Source: Ignavibacteria bacterium (GTDB lineage: Bacteria > Elusimicrobiota > Endomicrobiia > PHAN01). Taken from it: a DNA stretch of 50,546 nucleotides. This document shows positions 1 through 10,387 of this stretch, in pieces. Location of the stretch: the NCBI GenBank assembly GCA_041694835.1, contig JBGFRZ010000048.1, positions 1 through 50,546 of the forward strand, in the 5' to 3' direction. How positions within the stretch are numbered: position 1 is the stretch's first letter; every line of letters starts with the position of its first letter. The notes under the pieces are model-generated. The model was not told where the DNA came from, did no database searches, and saw nothing but the letters and a program-made list of their open reading frames with translations. The translations under genes were made by a program, and so were the position numbers.

Positions 1-1806
1 GAAATTAGAGCCGATCTGCTTAAAAAAGCAAAAGAGGAGCTTGTCCAAGAATTTCGCGACAACGCTAAATTCGTATTTGAGGAGTTGGAGTGCGTCATCA
101 ACGCTGATTTGGTTTCAAAATTAGATTACAAAGATATTTTGAAATATGTTTTGAACGCAAACACGTCGGGCAAGATTGAAGTTTTGAAAATCCCCGGCAA
201 TAGGCAAGAATTGATTTTTAGGTTAATGACGGCTGATAAACCCTTCGCTTTAATCAAGATCGGCGATATTTCCGGCTGGCTAAAAGACAAACTTGAGGGA
301 TACGAGATAAATGAAAGTTTTGAGAACGAAAGTTATTTTCGGCGAATCAATCGCGATGATTCCGACATAAATGTTTTAATGGGTTCCCGCTCTTTTTACG
401 AGGGTTGGGATTCTAACCGACCAAACCTGCTTTTGTTTGTGAATATCGGAGTTGGAAGCGACGCTAAAAAATTTGTTTTACAATCGGTTGGGCGGGGTGT
501 AAGGATAGAGCCGCAGAAACACCAAAGGAAGCGGCTCCAAAATTTGCTAAATGCCAAAGTTGTAAAAGAGGGAATTTTTGAGAAAGTAAAAAATCTGATT
601 TTGCCGATTGAGAGTTTATTTGTTTTTGGCACGAACGCCGAAAACCTAAAAGAAATAATTGCAACACTGAAAGCAGAGAAGCAAGATAAAAACTTGGGCG
701 AAGCGTTTATTTTGAATCCTGAAGCGCAAAAGCATACTCTTTTGGTGCCGGTTTATAAAACAGCCGAAAGGATTTTTGCCGAGGAAAAAAACCCGCAAAA
801 ATATCCTGTCAGCCGTGAGGATTTTGATATAACTTCGCAATTCTATGGATTTTTAGGCGATAAAATTGCTTTGGCTAAATATGATTGCGAAGTGAAGGTT
901 TTGAAGAAAGCAAAGAAAAGTTTTGCGGAAAAAGAGCGATACTACGATTTTAGCGAGAGGAATTCGCTTTTTGATCCGGAGTTAATTCTTGACCGGATTT
1001 TTGATTATCTCAGAGTTAAAAGCAAAGAGTTTGAGAAGTTTAAGGAGTTGGAAGACGAAATCGTGCATTTCAAAAAGGTTAGGTTTAGCGATGGTGAAAA
1101 ATATAATAAAATATTAGAAGCAATTGGGAAGGTTAAGGATTATCCGCATAAAGAAATGAAAGAAAAAGAAATCGACGCGGCATTTGAAAAAACAAAAAAC
1201 AAGGAGGAGTATAAACGGTCAATAAGGCAATTAGAATTAGATTTTTCCAGAGAGATTAAATATGACAGATTGAAAATTAAATATATTCAAAACCATTACT
1301 ATCTTCCGGTGATAGTTTCTGAAAATGAAAAAATTGACTATCTCAATCATATTATCAATGTTGATAGCGAAGTAAAATTTGTTGAGCAACTGGAAGAATA
1401 TCTTGCCAAACCCAATAATGTATTTACGCAATTTGATTGGTGGATGTTTTCAAAACTTGACCAAACGCTGGACGAGGTTTTGATTCCTTATTACAACCCA
1501 AAGGAAAATAACATTGCCAATTTCAAACCCGATTTCATTTTTTGGGCGCAAAAAAGCAAACGATACTTGATTTTGTTTGTTGATCCTAAGGGAACTGAAC
1601 ACGCTGACGGATACAGAAAAATTGACGGCTTTTCAAGGATATTTGAAATTGGCGAACAAAAGCAAAGCAGGAATTTTTCATACAACGGATTTACAATAAA
1701 TACAAAACTATTGCTTAAACCGAGGCGAGGGATAGCGGAAGTTTTGGAAAATTACAAACGATATTGGTTTGACAACTTTGTTGATTTTGCGAGCAAAATC
1801 AGTTAA
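1..1806 (+). CDS. Type III restriction endonuclease Res subunit, C-terminal part (5' end outside window)
   Basis: Frame open from base 1. Helicase motifs FYEGWD and QSVGRGVR; C-terminal PD-(D/E)xK nuclease PDFIFW...FVDPKG. Confidence 0.85.
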   Translation, partial: EIRADLLKKAKEELVQEFRDNAKFVFEELECVINADLVSKLDYKDILKYVLNANTSGKIEVLKIPGNRQELIFRLMTADKPFALIKIGDISGWLKDKLEGYEINESFENESYFRRINRDDSDINVLMGSRSFYEGWDSNRPNLLLFVNIGVGSDAKKFVLQSVGRGVRIEPQKHQRKRLQNLLNAKVVKEGIFEKVKNLILPIESLFVFGTNAENLKEIIATLKAEKQDKNLGEAFILNPEAQKHTLLVPVYKTAERIFAEEKNPQKYPVSREDFDITSQFYGFLGDKIALAKYDCEVKVLKKAKKSFAEKERYYDFSERNSLFDPELILDRIFDYLRVKSKEFEKFKELEDEIVHFKKVRFSDGEKYNKILEAIGKVKDYPHKEMKEKEIDAAFEKTKNKEEYKRSIRQLELDFSREIKYDRLKIKYIQNHYYLPVIVSENEKIDYLNHIINVDSEVKFVEQLEEYLAKPNNVFTQFDWWMFSKLDQTLDEVLIPYYNPKENNIANFKPDFIFWAQKSKRYLILFVDPKGTEHADGYRKIDGFSRIFEIGEQKQSRNFSYNGFTINTKLLLKPRRGIAEVLENYKRYWFDNFVDFASKIS

Positions 1807-1988
1807 TTTAGAAACGGCGGCGAAGCGGAGTGTCGGTTCCGTTCAAAAAAGGTTTGCACTTTGTTCAGTAATTGCGAATGAAATGAGAAAGGGCGTCAGC
1901 CGACTTCGATTTTTATGAGGTCAAGGGCGGTTGCCCGCCCCGAGGTTGAAAAACAGATTTTTTAAGTATAGTCACTAGATGGATAACA

Positions 1989-2651
1989 GTGAAACTTCTG
2001 CTGATACTCTTTTTTGTTGCACAAGTTTTATACGCCGTCGAGAATTACGAACTTTTCGGACAATTTCAGTCGCTTTACGGAACAACCGGCAACATTCTAA
2101 ATCCTTCAACGGAAGTTTTGGACAGAAAAAAAGTGTCGCTCGGTTTGAATAAGTTCAACGTCGGCGTAACTTATGGCTTGTTTAAAAACTTTGAATTGGG
2201 TGTGCATTTCAACCTTAAAGAGCTGACGCCCATAAAAGCTCTCGACTCGGAGAATTTAGAAAGAAAGCTCGACGAGCTCTCATTTCATTCAAAATTAAAA
2301 ATTTTAAGCGGCGACGGTTTGAATTTTGCCGTCGGTCACATGCGTTCAATCGTTTACTGCGTTTTCGGAAGATATTTTCCCGAATTCTATGATATCACAT
2401 TTGAGGGGGGTGTTAGAATAAAATACTGGACCGAGCCTGGCGAAAAGATAAAAATTTTTATGTCCCTCCTTCAGACCCAGTCGGGGCACAGATTCATTTA
2501 CGATTTTGAAGATACGAACGGTCTGAACAGTTTCGGATGGAGATTCCTGCTTTCACCAGAAGTCGCGCTCGATCTTTTTTTAAATGATTTTTTAAGATAT
2601 AGGACTTTTTTTGATAATTTCTATTTCGGAGTCAGCATAGTCTGGGAATGA
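1989..2651 (+). CDS. Exported hypothetical protein, probable small outer-membrane beta-barrel (YjbH-like)
   Basis: GTG start, signal peptide, amphipathic strands, aromatic C-terminal strand FYFGVSIVWE. Confidence 0.5.
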   Translation: MKLLLILFFVAQVLYAVENYELFGQFQSLYGTTGNILNPSTEVLDRKKVSLGLNKFNVGVTYGLFKNFELGVHFNLKELTPIKALDSENLERKLDELSFHSKLKILSGDGLNFAVGHMRSIVYCVFGRYFPEFYDITFEGGVRIKYWTEPGEKIKIFMSLLQTQSGHRFIYDFEDTNGLNSFGWRFLLSPEVALDLFLNDFLRYRTFFDNFYFGVSIVWE

Positions 2652-2920
2652 AGCGCCTTCACTTCAGAGTCTATGGCATGGTGCAGGGCATAGGATACAG
2701 GTTTTTTGTAGTCAGAGAGGCGGGTGTTTTGAAACTTAACGGGACAGTGAGAAATTTATCAGACGGAAGCGTGGAAGGCGAAGCGCAAGGCGATTTCGAA
2801 ACTTTGAAAAAATTCGCGGAAATTTTGAAAAAAAATCATCCATGGGCAATTGTCCGAAAAATAGAGACTAATTATCATGACGATATAAAGCCATACAGAG
2901 GTTTTGAAGTAGAATTATGA
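2648..2920 (+). CDS. acyP: Acylphosphatase
   Basis: Motifs VYGMVQGIGYR and GTVRNLSDGSVE; 90 aa. Confidence 0.93.
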   Translation: MKRLHFRVYGMVQGIGYRFFVVREAGVLKLNGTVRNLSDGSVEGEAQGDFETLKKFAEILKKNHPWAIVRKIETNYHDDIKPYRGFEVEL

Positions 2921-3735
2921 TAAATCCGTATCAGCTCTATCTTCAGCATTTGAGAAAAATCCCGACATTAGCCGCTGATGAAGAAAAGTCGCTGTGGAAG
3001 AGGGTGAGACAGGGTGACAAAAGGGCCAAAAAAAAAATAATCATAGCTTACCTGAAACTGGTTTTACCGATTGCAAAAAAATACGAACGTTCGGGCATGG
3101 ACATGCTGGATCTCATCGAAGAAGGCAATATAGGTCTTATTCACGCCGTGGATAAGTTTGACATAAGGAAGAAAGTAAAATTCACTACTTATTCGGCGTA
3201 TTGGATAGAGCAGACCATAAGGCGTGCTGTTGATGAGCAGAAAAGAACCATAAGGATACCTTCTCATCTTTGGGCGAAAATGAAGAAATGGTTTCAGTTC
3301 TGGGGGAGACTTCAGTTGCAGTATGGACGAGAGCCGACGATGAAGGAAATGGCGAAAAAGATGAAGATGAATTCGCGGGAGTTAAAAAAGATGCTCGACA
3401 TAATCGAGGTGAGCAGAACACATACATCCTTTGATGCGTTTATAGATGAAAACGAGAAAGTGCACGTCGGCGACCTCATTTCCGATCAATCGGACGAAAT
3501 GGGAAAGTTCATAGATTATATGAGAGTTAGCAACCATCTTGATAAAGCTATGGAAGTTTTAAGCGAAAGGGAGAAGGAGATAGTGCGATGGAGGTTCGGA
3601 TTGGTCGGCAGGAAAGCCCATACATTGGACCATCTTGCAAAGAAGATGAATCTTTCGAAAGAAAGAGTGAGGCAGTTGCTCGAGAGATCATGCAGATATA
3701 TAAAAGCCGCCATAGACAGGATGAAGTATAAATAA
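2917..3735 (+). CDS. Sigma-70 family factor (RpoD/RpoS-like, no region 1.1)
   Basis: DLIEEGNIGLIHAVDKFD, FTTYSAYWI, RTIRIP, region 4 SKERVRQL. Confidence 0.9.
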   Translation: MINPYQLYLQHLRKIPTLAADEEKSLWKRVRQGDKRAKKKIIIAYLKLVLPIAKKYERSGMDMLDLIEEGNIGLIHAVDKFDIRKKVKFTTYSAYWIEQTIRRAVDEQKRTIRIPSHLWAKMKKWFQFWGRLQLQYGREPTMKEMAKKMKMNSRELKKMLDIIEVSRTHTSFDAFIDENEKVHVGDLISDQSDEMGKFIDYMRVSNHLDKAMEVLSEREKEIVRWRFGLVGRKAHTLDHLAKKMNLSKERVRQLLERSCRYIKAAIDRMKYK

Positions 3736-3932
3736 TCCGGCGAATGAAACCAAGCAGTCCGCGATGTAAGAATGTTGAACATTCAGAAATCCGCAAGGAT
3801 TTCATAATGTAGGAATGAATTTGCGGGATCAATCGGGGTGTTTATGGAGTAAATTCAATCATTGATGTAGCCCCACAATTCATTGGGTGTTGAGTCTCCG
3901 CGAATAGATTTCATCGGAGATGATATATTAAA

Positions 3933-4014
3933 TGGAACGCAGATAAACGCAGAAATAACTTTGATAAACGCAGATTAAAGCAACTATAAACTCATCTGCG
4001 AAAATCTGCGTCCT
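3933..4014. repeat. ~80-bp ACGCAGAT/ATCTGCG hairpin repeat
   Basis: Near-identical reverse complement at ~22637-22718; partial copy at 50513-50546; related copy at ~38832-38905. Confidence 0.85.
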
Positions 4015-4037
4015 AAAATAATCATAGGAGATTAATT

Positions 4038-4562
4038 ATGTCTGAAAAAGAAAAGTTGAACAAATTTATAAGGGACATCCCGAATTTTCCGAAGCCCGGG
4101 ATAGTATTCAAGGACATCACCCCTCTTCTTGCCGACTTTCAAGCTTTTAAGTTAGCGATAGGCTCTCTGTCCGAGAAATATAGCGGGCAAAAAATAGACA
4201 AGATAGTTTCGATGGAATCACGCGGGTTCATCTTCGGTTCGGCTGTAGCTCTGAAACTTGGCTGTGGTTTTGTGCCCGTAAGAAAAAAAGGCAAACTCCC
4301 CTATAAAACCATAAAGGAGGAATATGAGCTTGAGTACGGCACGGACACCCTCGAAATTCATGAGGATGCGATACAAAAGGGGGAGAATATTCTGATAGTG
4401 GACGATGTTCTTGCGACGGGCGGCACCGCTAAGGCGGTATGCAGATTGGTTGAAAAAGTTGGTGGCAAAGTGGCCGGTCTTGCTTTTTTAATCGAGTTGA
4501 GTTTTTTAAATCCCAGGGAAAAACTTCCGGAATATGACGTTTTTTCATTGCTCAAATACTGA
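4038..4562 (+). CDS. apt: Adenine phosphoribosyltransferase
   Basis: [32 protein letters not shown] motif [10 protein letters not shown]. Confidence 0.97.
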   Translation: MSEKEKLNKFIRDIPNFPKPGIVFKDITPLLADFQAFKLAIGSLSEKYSGQKIDKIVSMESRGFIFGSAVALKLGCGFVPVRKKGKLPYKTIKEEYELEYGTDTLEIHEDAIQKGENILIVDDVLATGGTAKAVCRLVEKVGGKVAGLAFLIELSFLNPREKLPEYDVFSLLKY

Positions 4563-4571
4563 ACTAAACAT

Positions 4572-4645
4572 GCCCCCGTAGCTCAACTGGATAGAGCTGC
4601 TCCGTCCTAAGGAGAGGGTTGGTGGTTCAAGTCCGCCCGGGGGCG
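4572..4645 (+). tRNA. tRNA-Arg (anticodon CCT), CCA not encoded
   Basis: Acceptor GCCCCCG/CGGGGGC, D arm GCTC/GAGC, anticodon loop GTCCTAA, T arm GGTGG-TTCAAGT-CCGCC. Confidence 0.9.
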
Positions 4646-4660
4646 GTCAGCGAATGATGT

Positions 4661-4767
4661 GAAGTTTAGAGAACTTAGTTTAGAGTTTAGAGACACTCGG
4701 CGACCTCTCTCAACTCTAAACTCTCAACTGATTCATCTCTAAACTCTACACTCTCAACTCTAAACTA
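4661..4767. repeat. Heptamer-repeat hairpin (GTTTAGA units then CTCTAAA/CTCTCAA units)
   Basis: Purine-rich 7-mers followed by complementary 7-mers ending just before the ATG at 4771. Confidence 0.8.
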
Positions 4768-4770
4768 TAT

Positions 4771-5427
4771 ATGTATATAGATTTGCACACGCATTCGTTT
4801 TTTTCCGACGGCGTTCTCATCCCGTCCGAGCTTGTTGTAAGGGCGAAGGCGGCCGGTTATTCTGTCATCGCCATAACCGACCACGTGGATTACACCAACA
4901 TGGATTTAGTTTTGCCACGCATTAAAAGGGTTGCTGCCGAATTGAGCCGTCATTACGAAATAAAAGTTATCGCCGGATGCGAGATAACATACGTCCCGCC
5001 CGCACTTATACAAAGGGCCGTAAGAGACGCAAGAAAACTTGGTGCAAGAATTGTTGTGATTCACGGCGAGACCCCGGTTGAACCCGTCCCTAAAGGAACG
5101 AATATCGCTGGTATAATTGCCGGAGCGGATATATTGGCGCATCCCGGCTTTATAACAGATAAAGAAGTTAAACTCGCCGCAAAAAACAATGTCAGGCTTG
5201 AAATAACCACGAGAGTGGGTCATCTCGGGGCAAATGTTCATGTCGCAAAACTATCCGGAAAATTCAACGCAAAGATGGTACTCAACACGGACGCTCATGC
5301 TCCCAACGAGCTGTTTACGGATGAGCTCATAGATAAAACGCTCAAAAAAGCGGGTATTGCCAGGCCGGACTATGAAGCGATGAAGAAAAATTCTATTGTT
5401 CTTGCGAATGCGGCGACGGCAAAATAA
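4771..5427 (+). CDS. PHP-family phosphoesterase (histidinol-phosphatase-like)
   Basis: DLHTHS, AITDH, AHPG, NTDAH metal-binding motifs. Confidence 0.9.
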   Translation: MYIDLHTHSFFSDGVLIPSELVVRAKAAGYSVIAITDHVDYTNMDLVLPRIKRVAAELSRHYEIKVIAGCEITYVPPALIQRAVRDARKLGARIVVIHGETPVEPVPKGTNIAGIIAGADILAHPGFITDKEVKLAAKNNVRLEITTRVGHLGANVHVAKLSGKFNAKMVLNTDAHAPNELFTDELIDKTLKKAGIARPDYEAMKKNSIVLANAATAK

Positions 5428-5445
5428 ATTATTTGGAAGGAAATT

Positions 5446-6090
5446 ATGGCTCAACATTACAAAAACGAGATTGAACTTGCAGTTGTAAAAGCGATAGAAT
5501 GGATTAAGAAAAACAGAGGAATTTTCTTTACGTCCGTCGCAGTGATATCGGTTCTTGTCGTGATGGGAGTTTACATATCAAGCAGGCTGAAATTGACCGT
5601 CGAGCGGTCTGGCGAGAAGTTTGCAATGGCTCAGGGGATGTATTCACAGGGGTTGGCGGAACAGTCCGCTACCATTCTCAACGAAGTTGTGACCCAGTAT
5701 CCAAAAACCACTGCGGCCGACCAGTCGAGACTCATTCTCGCGGAGATAAATCTTAATAACAAGAAATATGACGAAGCGATAGCCCTTTCCAGATATGTTT
5801 ATGAGAAGGGAAATCCGAAATCAATCAGGCCTTTTGCCATTGAAGTTATGATATCTGCGATGATTGAGAAAGGGGTGTTTGAAGAAGCGGTCTTAAACTG
5901 CAATCTTTTTCTTGAAAAATACTCCGACCATTATCTCGCCCCCCGGGCATACGAGCTTTTGGCTTTTTCATATCGGATATCGGGGATGGATGCGGAAGCC
6001 AGACGGATTTACGAGAAGATAGTTACACTTTATCCTTCCTCCCCCTGGTCCGAAAAATCGAGGGCGAGACTTGAAGGGATGGGCAAATAA
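5446..6090 (+). CDS. Membrane-anchored TPR protein (YfgM-like)
   Basis: One N-terminal TM helix; TPR-like helices with YPKT/YPSS turns. Confidence 0.75.
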   Translation: MAQHYKNEIELAVVKAIEWIKKNRGIFFTSVAVISVLVVMGVYISSRLKLTVERSGEKFAMAQGMYSQGLAEQSATILNEVVTQYPKTTAADQSRLILAEINLNNKKYDEAIALSRYVYEKGNPKSIRPFAIEVMISAMIEKGVFEEAVLNCNLFLEKYSDHYLAPRAYELLAFSYRISGMDAEARRIYEKIVTLYPSSPWSEKSRARLEGMGK

Positions 6091-6092
6091 AT

Positions 6093-7436
6093 ATGAAAAA
6101 AATTCAAACTATCGCATCGCTTTTTTTAATCGTTTTTATCATTACACCTTGCGTTTTCCCGGCTTCTCTATTGATAGACACGGATTTTAAGATCTCCGGC
6201 GTAAGTTATTCAAATTTTGATTACGACTCAAAGACGTCGACAGATGCTATCTCTTACTACACCCAACGTCTTAGACTCGGAATCGGCGGGAAGTTTTCTC
6301 CGGGAATTAAAATACAGACAGTTCTGCAGTCTCTTTCAGTGGCGGGCTCAAGCGCTCCGTTTCCTTCGGAAGTTGTGTGGCAAAGAGACCTGCCTTATCC
6401 ATTTATAGATGGAACGCCTTTCATAGAGAATCTATATTTCAGGATAGACAACGCATTTGACCAGCCCTTCGACATTGTTTTTGGAAGGCAACCTCTGGAT
6501 TACGGCGACGGTCTTTTTTCCGATAACACATCAGGTCTTATGGCGACGAGATTCATCATTAAGTATCCGGAAAACTTCACAGGGGATTTATTTATGGCAA
6601 AGGTTTCGGAAAATTTCAGGGGAGCATCCGATTTCGATGTATACGGAATTGCCGGCTCCTACAAACACGGGAACGACATTTTCAAGGCGATCTATCTTTA
6701 CGAGAGCGATCGTTCCGGAAGGGTTTATACTCAAGGAGCGACAAGCAAAAAGACTTCGAAGATAATAAAAAATTTTTACGGCGGAAGACTTTTAAGGATT
6801 GACGACTTCGGCGAATACAAGATTGGAATCGCGAAACAGACGGGAGAGCTTAAAAAAGAAAGTGGAAGCAACATTTCTCTGGATGGGTTCGCATGGGACG
6901 TGTCCGGGATTTTAAGAGCGAAAAAGACGAAGGTAGGCGATGTCTCGGCGGGGCTTTTGCTTTCAATGTTTTCGGGCGACGACGACGCCACCTCAATAAA
7001 TGACAAGGACGAGGCATTCAGACCCACCCTTGCGAAAAGGTTTGACGGGCTTGAACCTATAGGCTACGGAAAGCTGTTCGCCGCCAACATGAACACCTCC
7101 GCGATTGATATTCACGAAGGATATTCGGGTATAAACACGATAGGGCTCATTTTCGAGTTCTCTCCTTTTTTCAGATGGACTTTTGGCATAAACTACTTCC
7201 TTTTCTCGGCATCCGAACATCCTCTTAAGCTGTCGGTGTCTGCGTCTGGGTTTGAAAAGCTTCTTGGCGCCAAATACTCGCTTGGCGTGGAGATGGATCT
7301 TTATATGAAGTTCATTCATTCTAAATACATAGACGCTTACTTCGGATATTTCAGATACACGCCGCCGCCCGAAGTCTTCTGGGAAAAAAGAGAGCCTCTT
7401 TCAAAATATCAGGTAGATATAAATGTGAAGTTTTAA
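6093..7436 (+). CDS. Outer-membrane beta-barrel, alginate-export-like
   Basis: Signal peptide, QRLRLG, GRQPLDYGDG, SGDD, LGVEMDL, C-terminal Phe. Confidence 0.65.
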   Translation: MKKIQTIASLFLIVFIITPCVFPASLLIDTDFKISGVSYSNFDYDSKTSTDAISYYTQRLRLGIGGKFSPGIKIQTVLQSLSVAGSSAPFPSEVVWQRDLPYPFIDGTPFIENLYFRIDNAFDQPFDIVFGRQPLDYGDGLFSDNTSGLMATRFIIKYPENFTGDLFMAKVSENFRGASDFDVYGIAGSYKHGNDIFKAIYLYESDRSGRVYTQGATSKKTSKIIKNFYGGRLLRIDDFGEYKIGIAKQTGELKKESGSNISLDGFAWDVSGILRAKKTKVGDVSAGLLLSMFSGDDDATSINDKDEAFRPTLAKRFDGLEPIGYGKLFAANMNTSAIDIHEGYSGINTIGLIFEFSPFFRWTFGINYFLFSASEHPLKLSVSASGFEKLLGAKYSLGVEMDLYMKFIHSKYIDAYFGYFRYTPPPEVFWEKREPLSKYQVDINVKF

Positions 7437-7503
7437 GTCCAGTCAAAAATTATTGGGCTCAAAAAATGTTTCGTCAATTTTCATATTTCTAAAGGTCTCT
7501 ATC

Positions 7504-9681
7504 ATGTCGAAGATACATATCGCATTTCTCTGGCATCAACACCAACCTCTCTACAAAAATCCGTCAACAGGCATTTATGACATGCCGTGGGTCAGACTTC
7601 ATGCCACCAAGGATTACTACGATCTGGCGGCTATTCTAGACGATTTTCCTGAAATAAAATTCAATATAAATCTCGTCCCTTCGCTTATGATGCAGCTCGA
7701 CGACTACGCAACAAGCGGAGCAAGAGACAAGTTTATGGATTTGACGCTTATCCCCGCCGACTCACTTTCTCAGGAAGACCTCAGTTTCATTTTGTACAAC
7801 TTTTTCATGGCAAATTGGGAGACGATGATAGATCCTTATCCGAGGTACAGAGAGCTTCTCGAAAAAAGGGGGAGATACATCTCTACGGATGAATTAAAAA
7901 GAGTGAACACATACTTTAAGAAGCAAGACATTCTGGATCTTCAGATGTGGTTTAATCTTACATGGGTAGACCCCTATTGGAGAAAAAAAGACCCCTTTAT
8001 ATCACAGCTTTTTGAGAAGGGGAAAAACTTCACAGAGGAAGAAAAAAAACTTCTCATAGAAAAACACATACAGATTTGCGGCGCAATCATACCTAAACAC
8101 AAAGAGCTTCAGGATAGAAACCAGCTCGAAATATCGACGACGCCGTTTTATCATCCCATCCTACCCCTTCTGTGCGACACGAACTCAGCAAAGATTGCCA
8201 CCCCTTTGATACAACTTCCCAAAAACAGATTCAGTCATCCTGAAGACGCAAGACATCAGATAAAAAAGGCTCTCGAGTTTTACGAGATGAAATTCAAAAG
8301 AAAACCCGAGGGATTCTGGCCATCGGAGGGGAGCGTAAGCGAGGAGGTAGCCTCAATATTCAGCGACTTCGGTATAAACTGGCTCGCCACCGACGAGGAA
8401 GTGCTTTTCAGGACGGACCCGGCTCTCAATCATGTTTCAAAACAAAACCTTTACGAACCTTACAGATTAGAACTTACACAAGGTGGGATAAACATAGTCT
8501 TCAGGGATCACGCCCTTTCGGATTCCATAGGATTCGTCTATTCGAAATGGAATCACAGGGACGCCGTCGACGACTTCATGGAAAAAATTTATGACATAAA
8601 GTCATCGTTGCCTCAAGGCGGGAACCATCTTATAAGCGTTATTCTCGACGGAGAAAACTGTTGGGAGTACTATCCTTCCGACGGCCGCTATTTTCTGAGC
8701 GAGCTTTTCAAAAGAATATCTGAAAGCCGCGATATAACATCAACAACTATCTCGGATTATCTGAAGAAACATCCCCCGAAAAGAAAACTTAAAAAACTCC
8801 ATGCCGGCTCATGGATAGGTGCGAACTTTGGAATATGGATAGGACATCCCGAAGACAACCTCTCATGGGATTACCTCTGCGAGGCAAGAAAATTTATATC
8901 CGAATATGAGAAGAATAACCCCGACAAGAAAGATTCGACGGAACTTAAAAAAGCGAAGGAGCTTTTATACATAGCGGAAGGTTCCGATTGGAACTGGTGG
9001 TATGGCGATGACCACAGCTCATCGCAGGACATGATGTTCGACGCTCTTTACAGGTCAAACCTACGGAAAATATACGAAACACTTGGAGAAAAAGCCCCCG
9101 ACGGGCTTTATATAGCGATAAAAGGCAAGTATAAAAAGCCGCCCGTATTGGAGCCTATATCGTTTATAACCCCGAAAATCGACGGTGTTGTCTCTAACTA
9201 TTACGAGTGGCTCCATGCTGGATACTATCACACCGGCCATTCCGGCGGCTCTATGCACCAGGTTGAAAGTGTAATCAGAGCGATTTATTATGGTTTTGAC
9301 CTTGAAAACATATATTTAAGATTTGATACCGATATTTTGAAATTGCCAGAAAAGATATCGGATATAACATTTAAGGTGATTTTTTTAACTCCCGAAGGCG
9401 TGGATGTCGTGTTTTCACTTGAAAAGGACCTAAAAATAAAAGATTTTTCGATAAAAGATTCAAAAAAAGACAAATCTGAACAGTTGAATCGCCTTTCCGC
9501 CGGCAAAATAATAGAGTTTGCCATACCTTTCGGCATTCTCGGAACAAAACATGGTGAAAAGATAGAGTTTGTTGTCGTTCTTGAGAGACATAATTGCGAG
9601 GTTGAAAGATGGCCGTTCCAAAACACCATATCTCTTATACATCCTTCTGGGGACTACTTCGCTGGGGTTTGGTCGGTTTAA
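7504..9681 (+). CDS. Glycoside hydrolase family 57 (amylopullulanase-like)
   Basis: WHQHQP, HPILP, WPSEG (nucleophile), LDGENCW (acid/base), AEGSDWNWW. ATG 7504 preferred over TTG 7453. Confidence 0.92.
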   Translation: MSKIHIAFLWHQHQPLYKNPSTGIYDMPWVRLHATKDYYDLAAILDDFPEIKFNINLVPSLMMQLDDYATSGARDKFMDLTLIPADSLSQEDLSFILYNFFMANWETMIDPYPRYRELLEKRGRYISTDELKRVNTYFKKQDILDLQMWFNLTWVDPYWRKKDPFISQLFEKGKNFTEEEKKLLIEKHIQICGAIIPKHKELQDRNQLEISTTPFYHPILPLLCDTNSAKIATPLIQLPKNRFSHPEDARHQIKKALEFYEMKFKRKPEGFWPSEGSVSEEVASIFSDFGINWLATDEEVLFRTDPALNHVSKQNLYEPYRLELTQGGINIVFRDHALSDSIGFVYSKWNHRDAVDDFMEKIYDIKSSLPQGGNHLISVILDGENCWEYYPSDGRYFLSELFKRISESRDITSTTISDYLKKHPPKRKLKKLHAGSWIGANFGIWIGHPEDNLSWDYLCEARKFISEYEKNNPDKKDSTELKKAKELLYIAEGSDWNWWYGDDHSSSQDMMFDALYRSNLRKIYETLGEKAPDGLYIAIKGKYKKPPVLEPISFITPKIDGVVSNYYEWLHAGYYHTGHSGGSMHQVESVIRAIYYGFDLENIYLRFDTDILKLPEKISDITFKVIFLTPEGVDVVFSLEKDLKIKDFSIKDSKKDKSEQLNRLSAGKIIEFAIPFGILGTKHGEKIEFVVVLERHNCEVERWPFQNTISLIHPSGDYFAGVWSV

Positions 9682-9777
9682 CCATTATGCCTATATCACC
9701 TCTTGGCTTTAAAGCCACTTGAAGACATCAAAACATCTGTGCCGGCCCCTTTTTTGCGTTTAGCGTACAAATATGTA

Positions 9778-10147
9778 GGGTCTGCTGACGCTACACTAAA
9801 ATGCTAATTACCACAGAGACGCGGAGAAAAATGAGGTAATTCAAGAACTACCCCGATTGTCATCGGGACAGGCTCCGAAATTACCGACGGAGATGTGAGT
9901 TCTGTGTTATTAAAACTCCGAACCACGAAGACACGAAAACGCGAAAAATATCGTTCTCTTTTTGTAAATCCCCCTGCTTCGCTTCCCCCTTTACAAAAGG
10001 GGGATAGAGGGGGATTTTCCGTGATTTCTAACTTTCGTGTTTTCGTGGTAAAGTTTTTTCTCTGTTCTCTCCTTACCCCGTTAGAAAAATCCTTTCTAAC
10101 GGGGTGAATGTCTCTGTGGTGAATTTTAGCGAAGCGTCAGTGAACCC
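9778..10147. mobile_element. MITE-like element with ~24-bp imperfect terminal inverted repeats and nested smaller elements
   Basis: GGGTCTGCTGACGCTACACTAAAA...TTTTAGCGAAGCGTCAGTGAACCC, TA on both sides; second copy at 15534-15678. Confidence 0.75.
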
Positions 10148-10387
10148 TAATATAGACAACGGGCGGAAATCTGAAAGAAACCATGGGTGGAAACACTAAT
10201 AATATCAGTAAAAATGTGAAACGTCCCCATTTTCCACCATTTTCACATTTTTCATTTTTACATTTTTAACATTCGTTTATGACGGCCCGATTTTTGAAAG
10301 TCCTGTAGATTTTATCGTCGGCGGGAAAATATTAAAAACCAAACATTGGTTTGTCGCACTAAAACTTCCGCCGAAATGAAACAAACA

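Noticed and set aside
4572-4660. tRNA used as an integration site
   Set aside because: No duplicated tRNA 3' end and no integrase seen in the window.
9895-10107. 70-aa ORF
   Set aside because: Lies entirely within nested MITE sequence.
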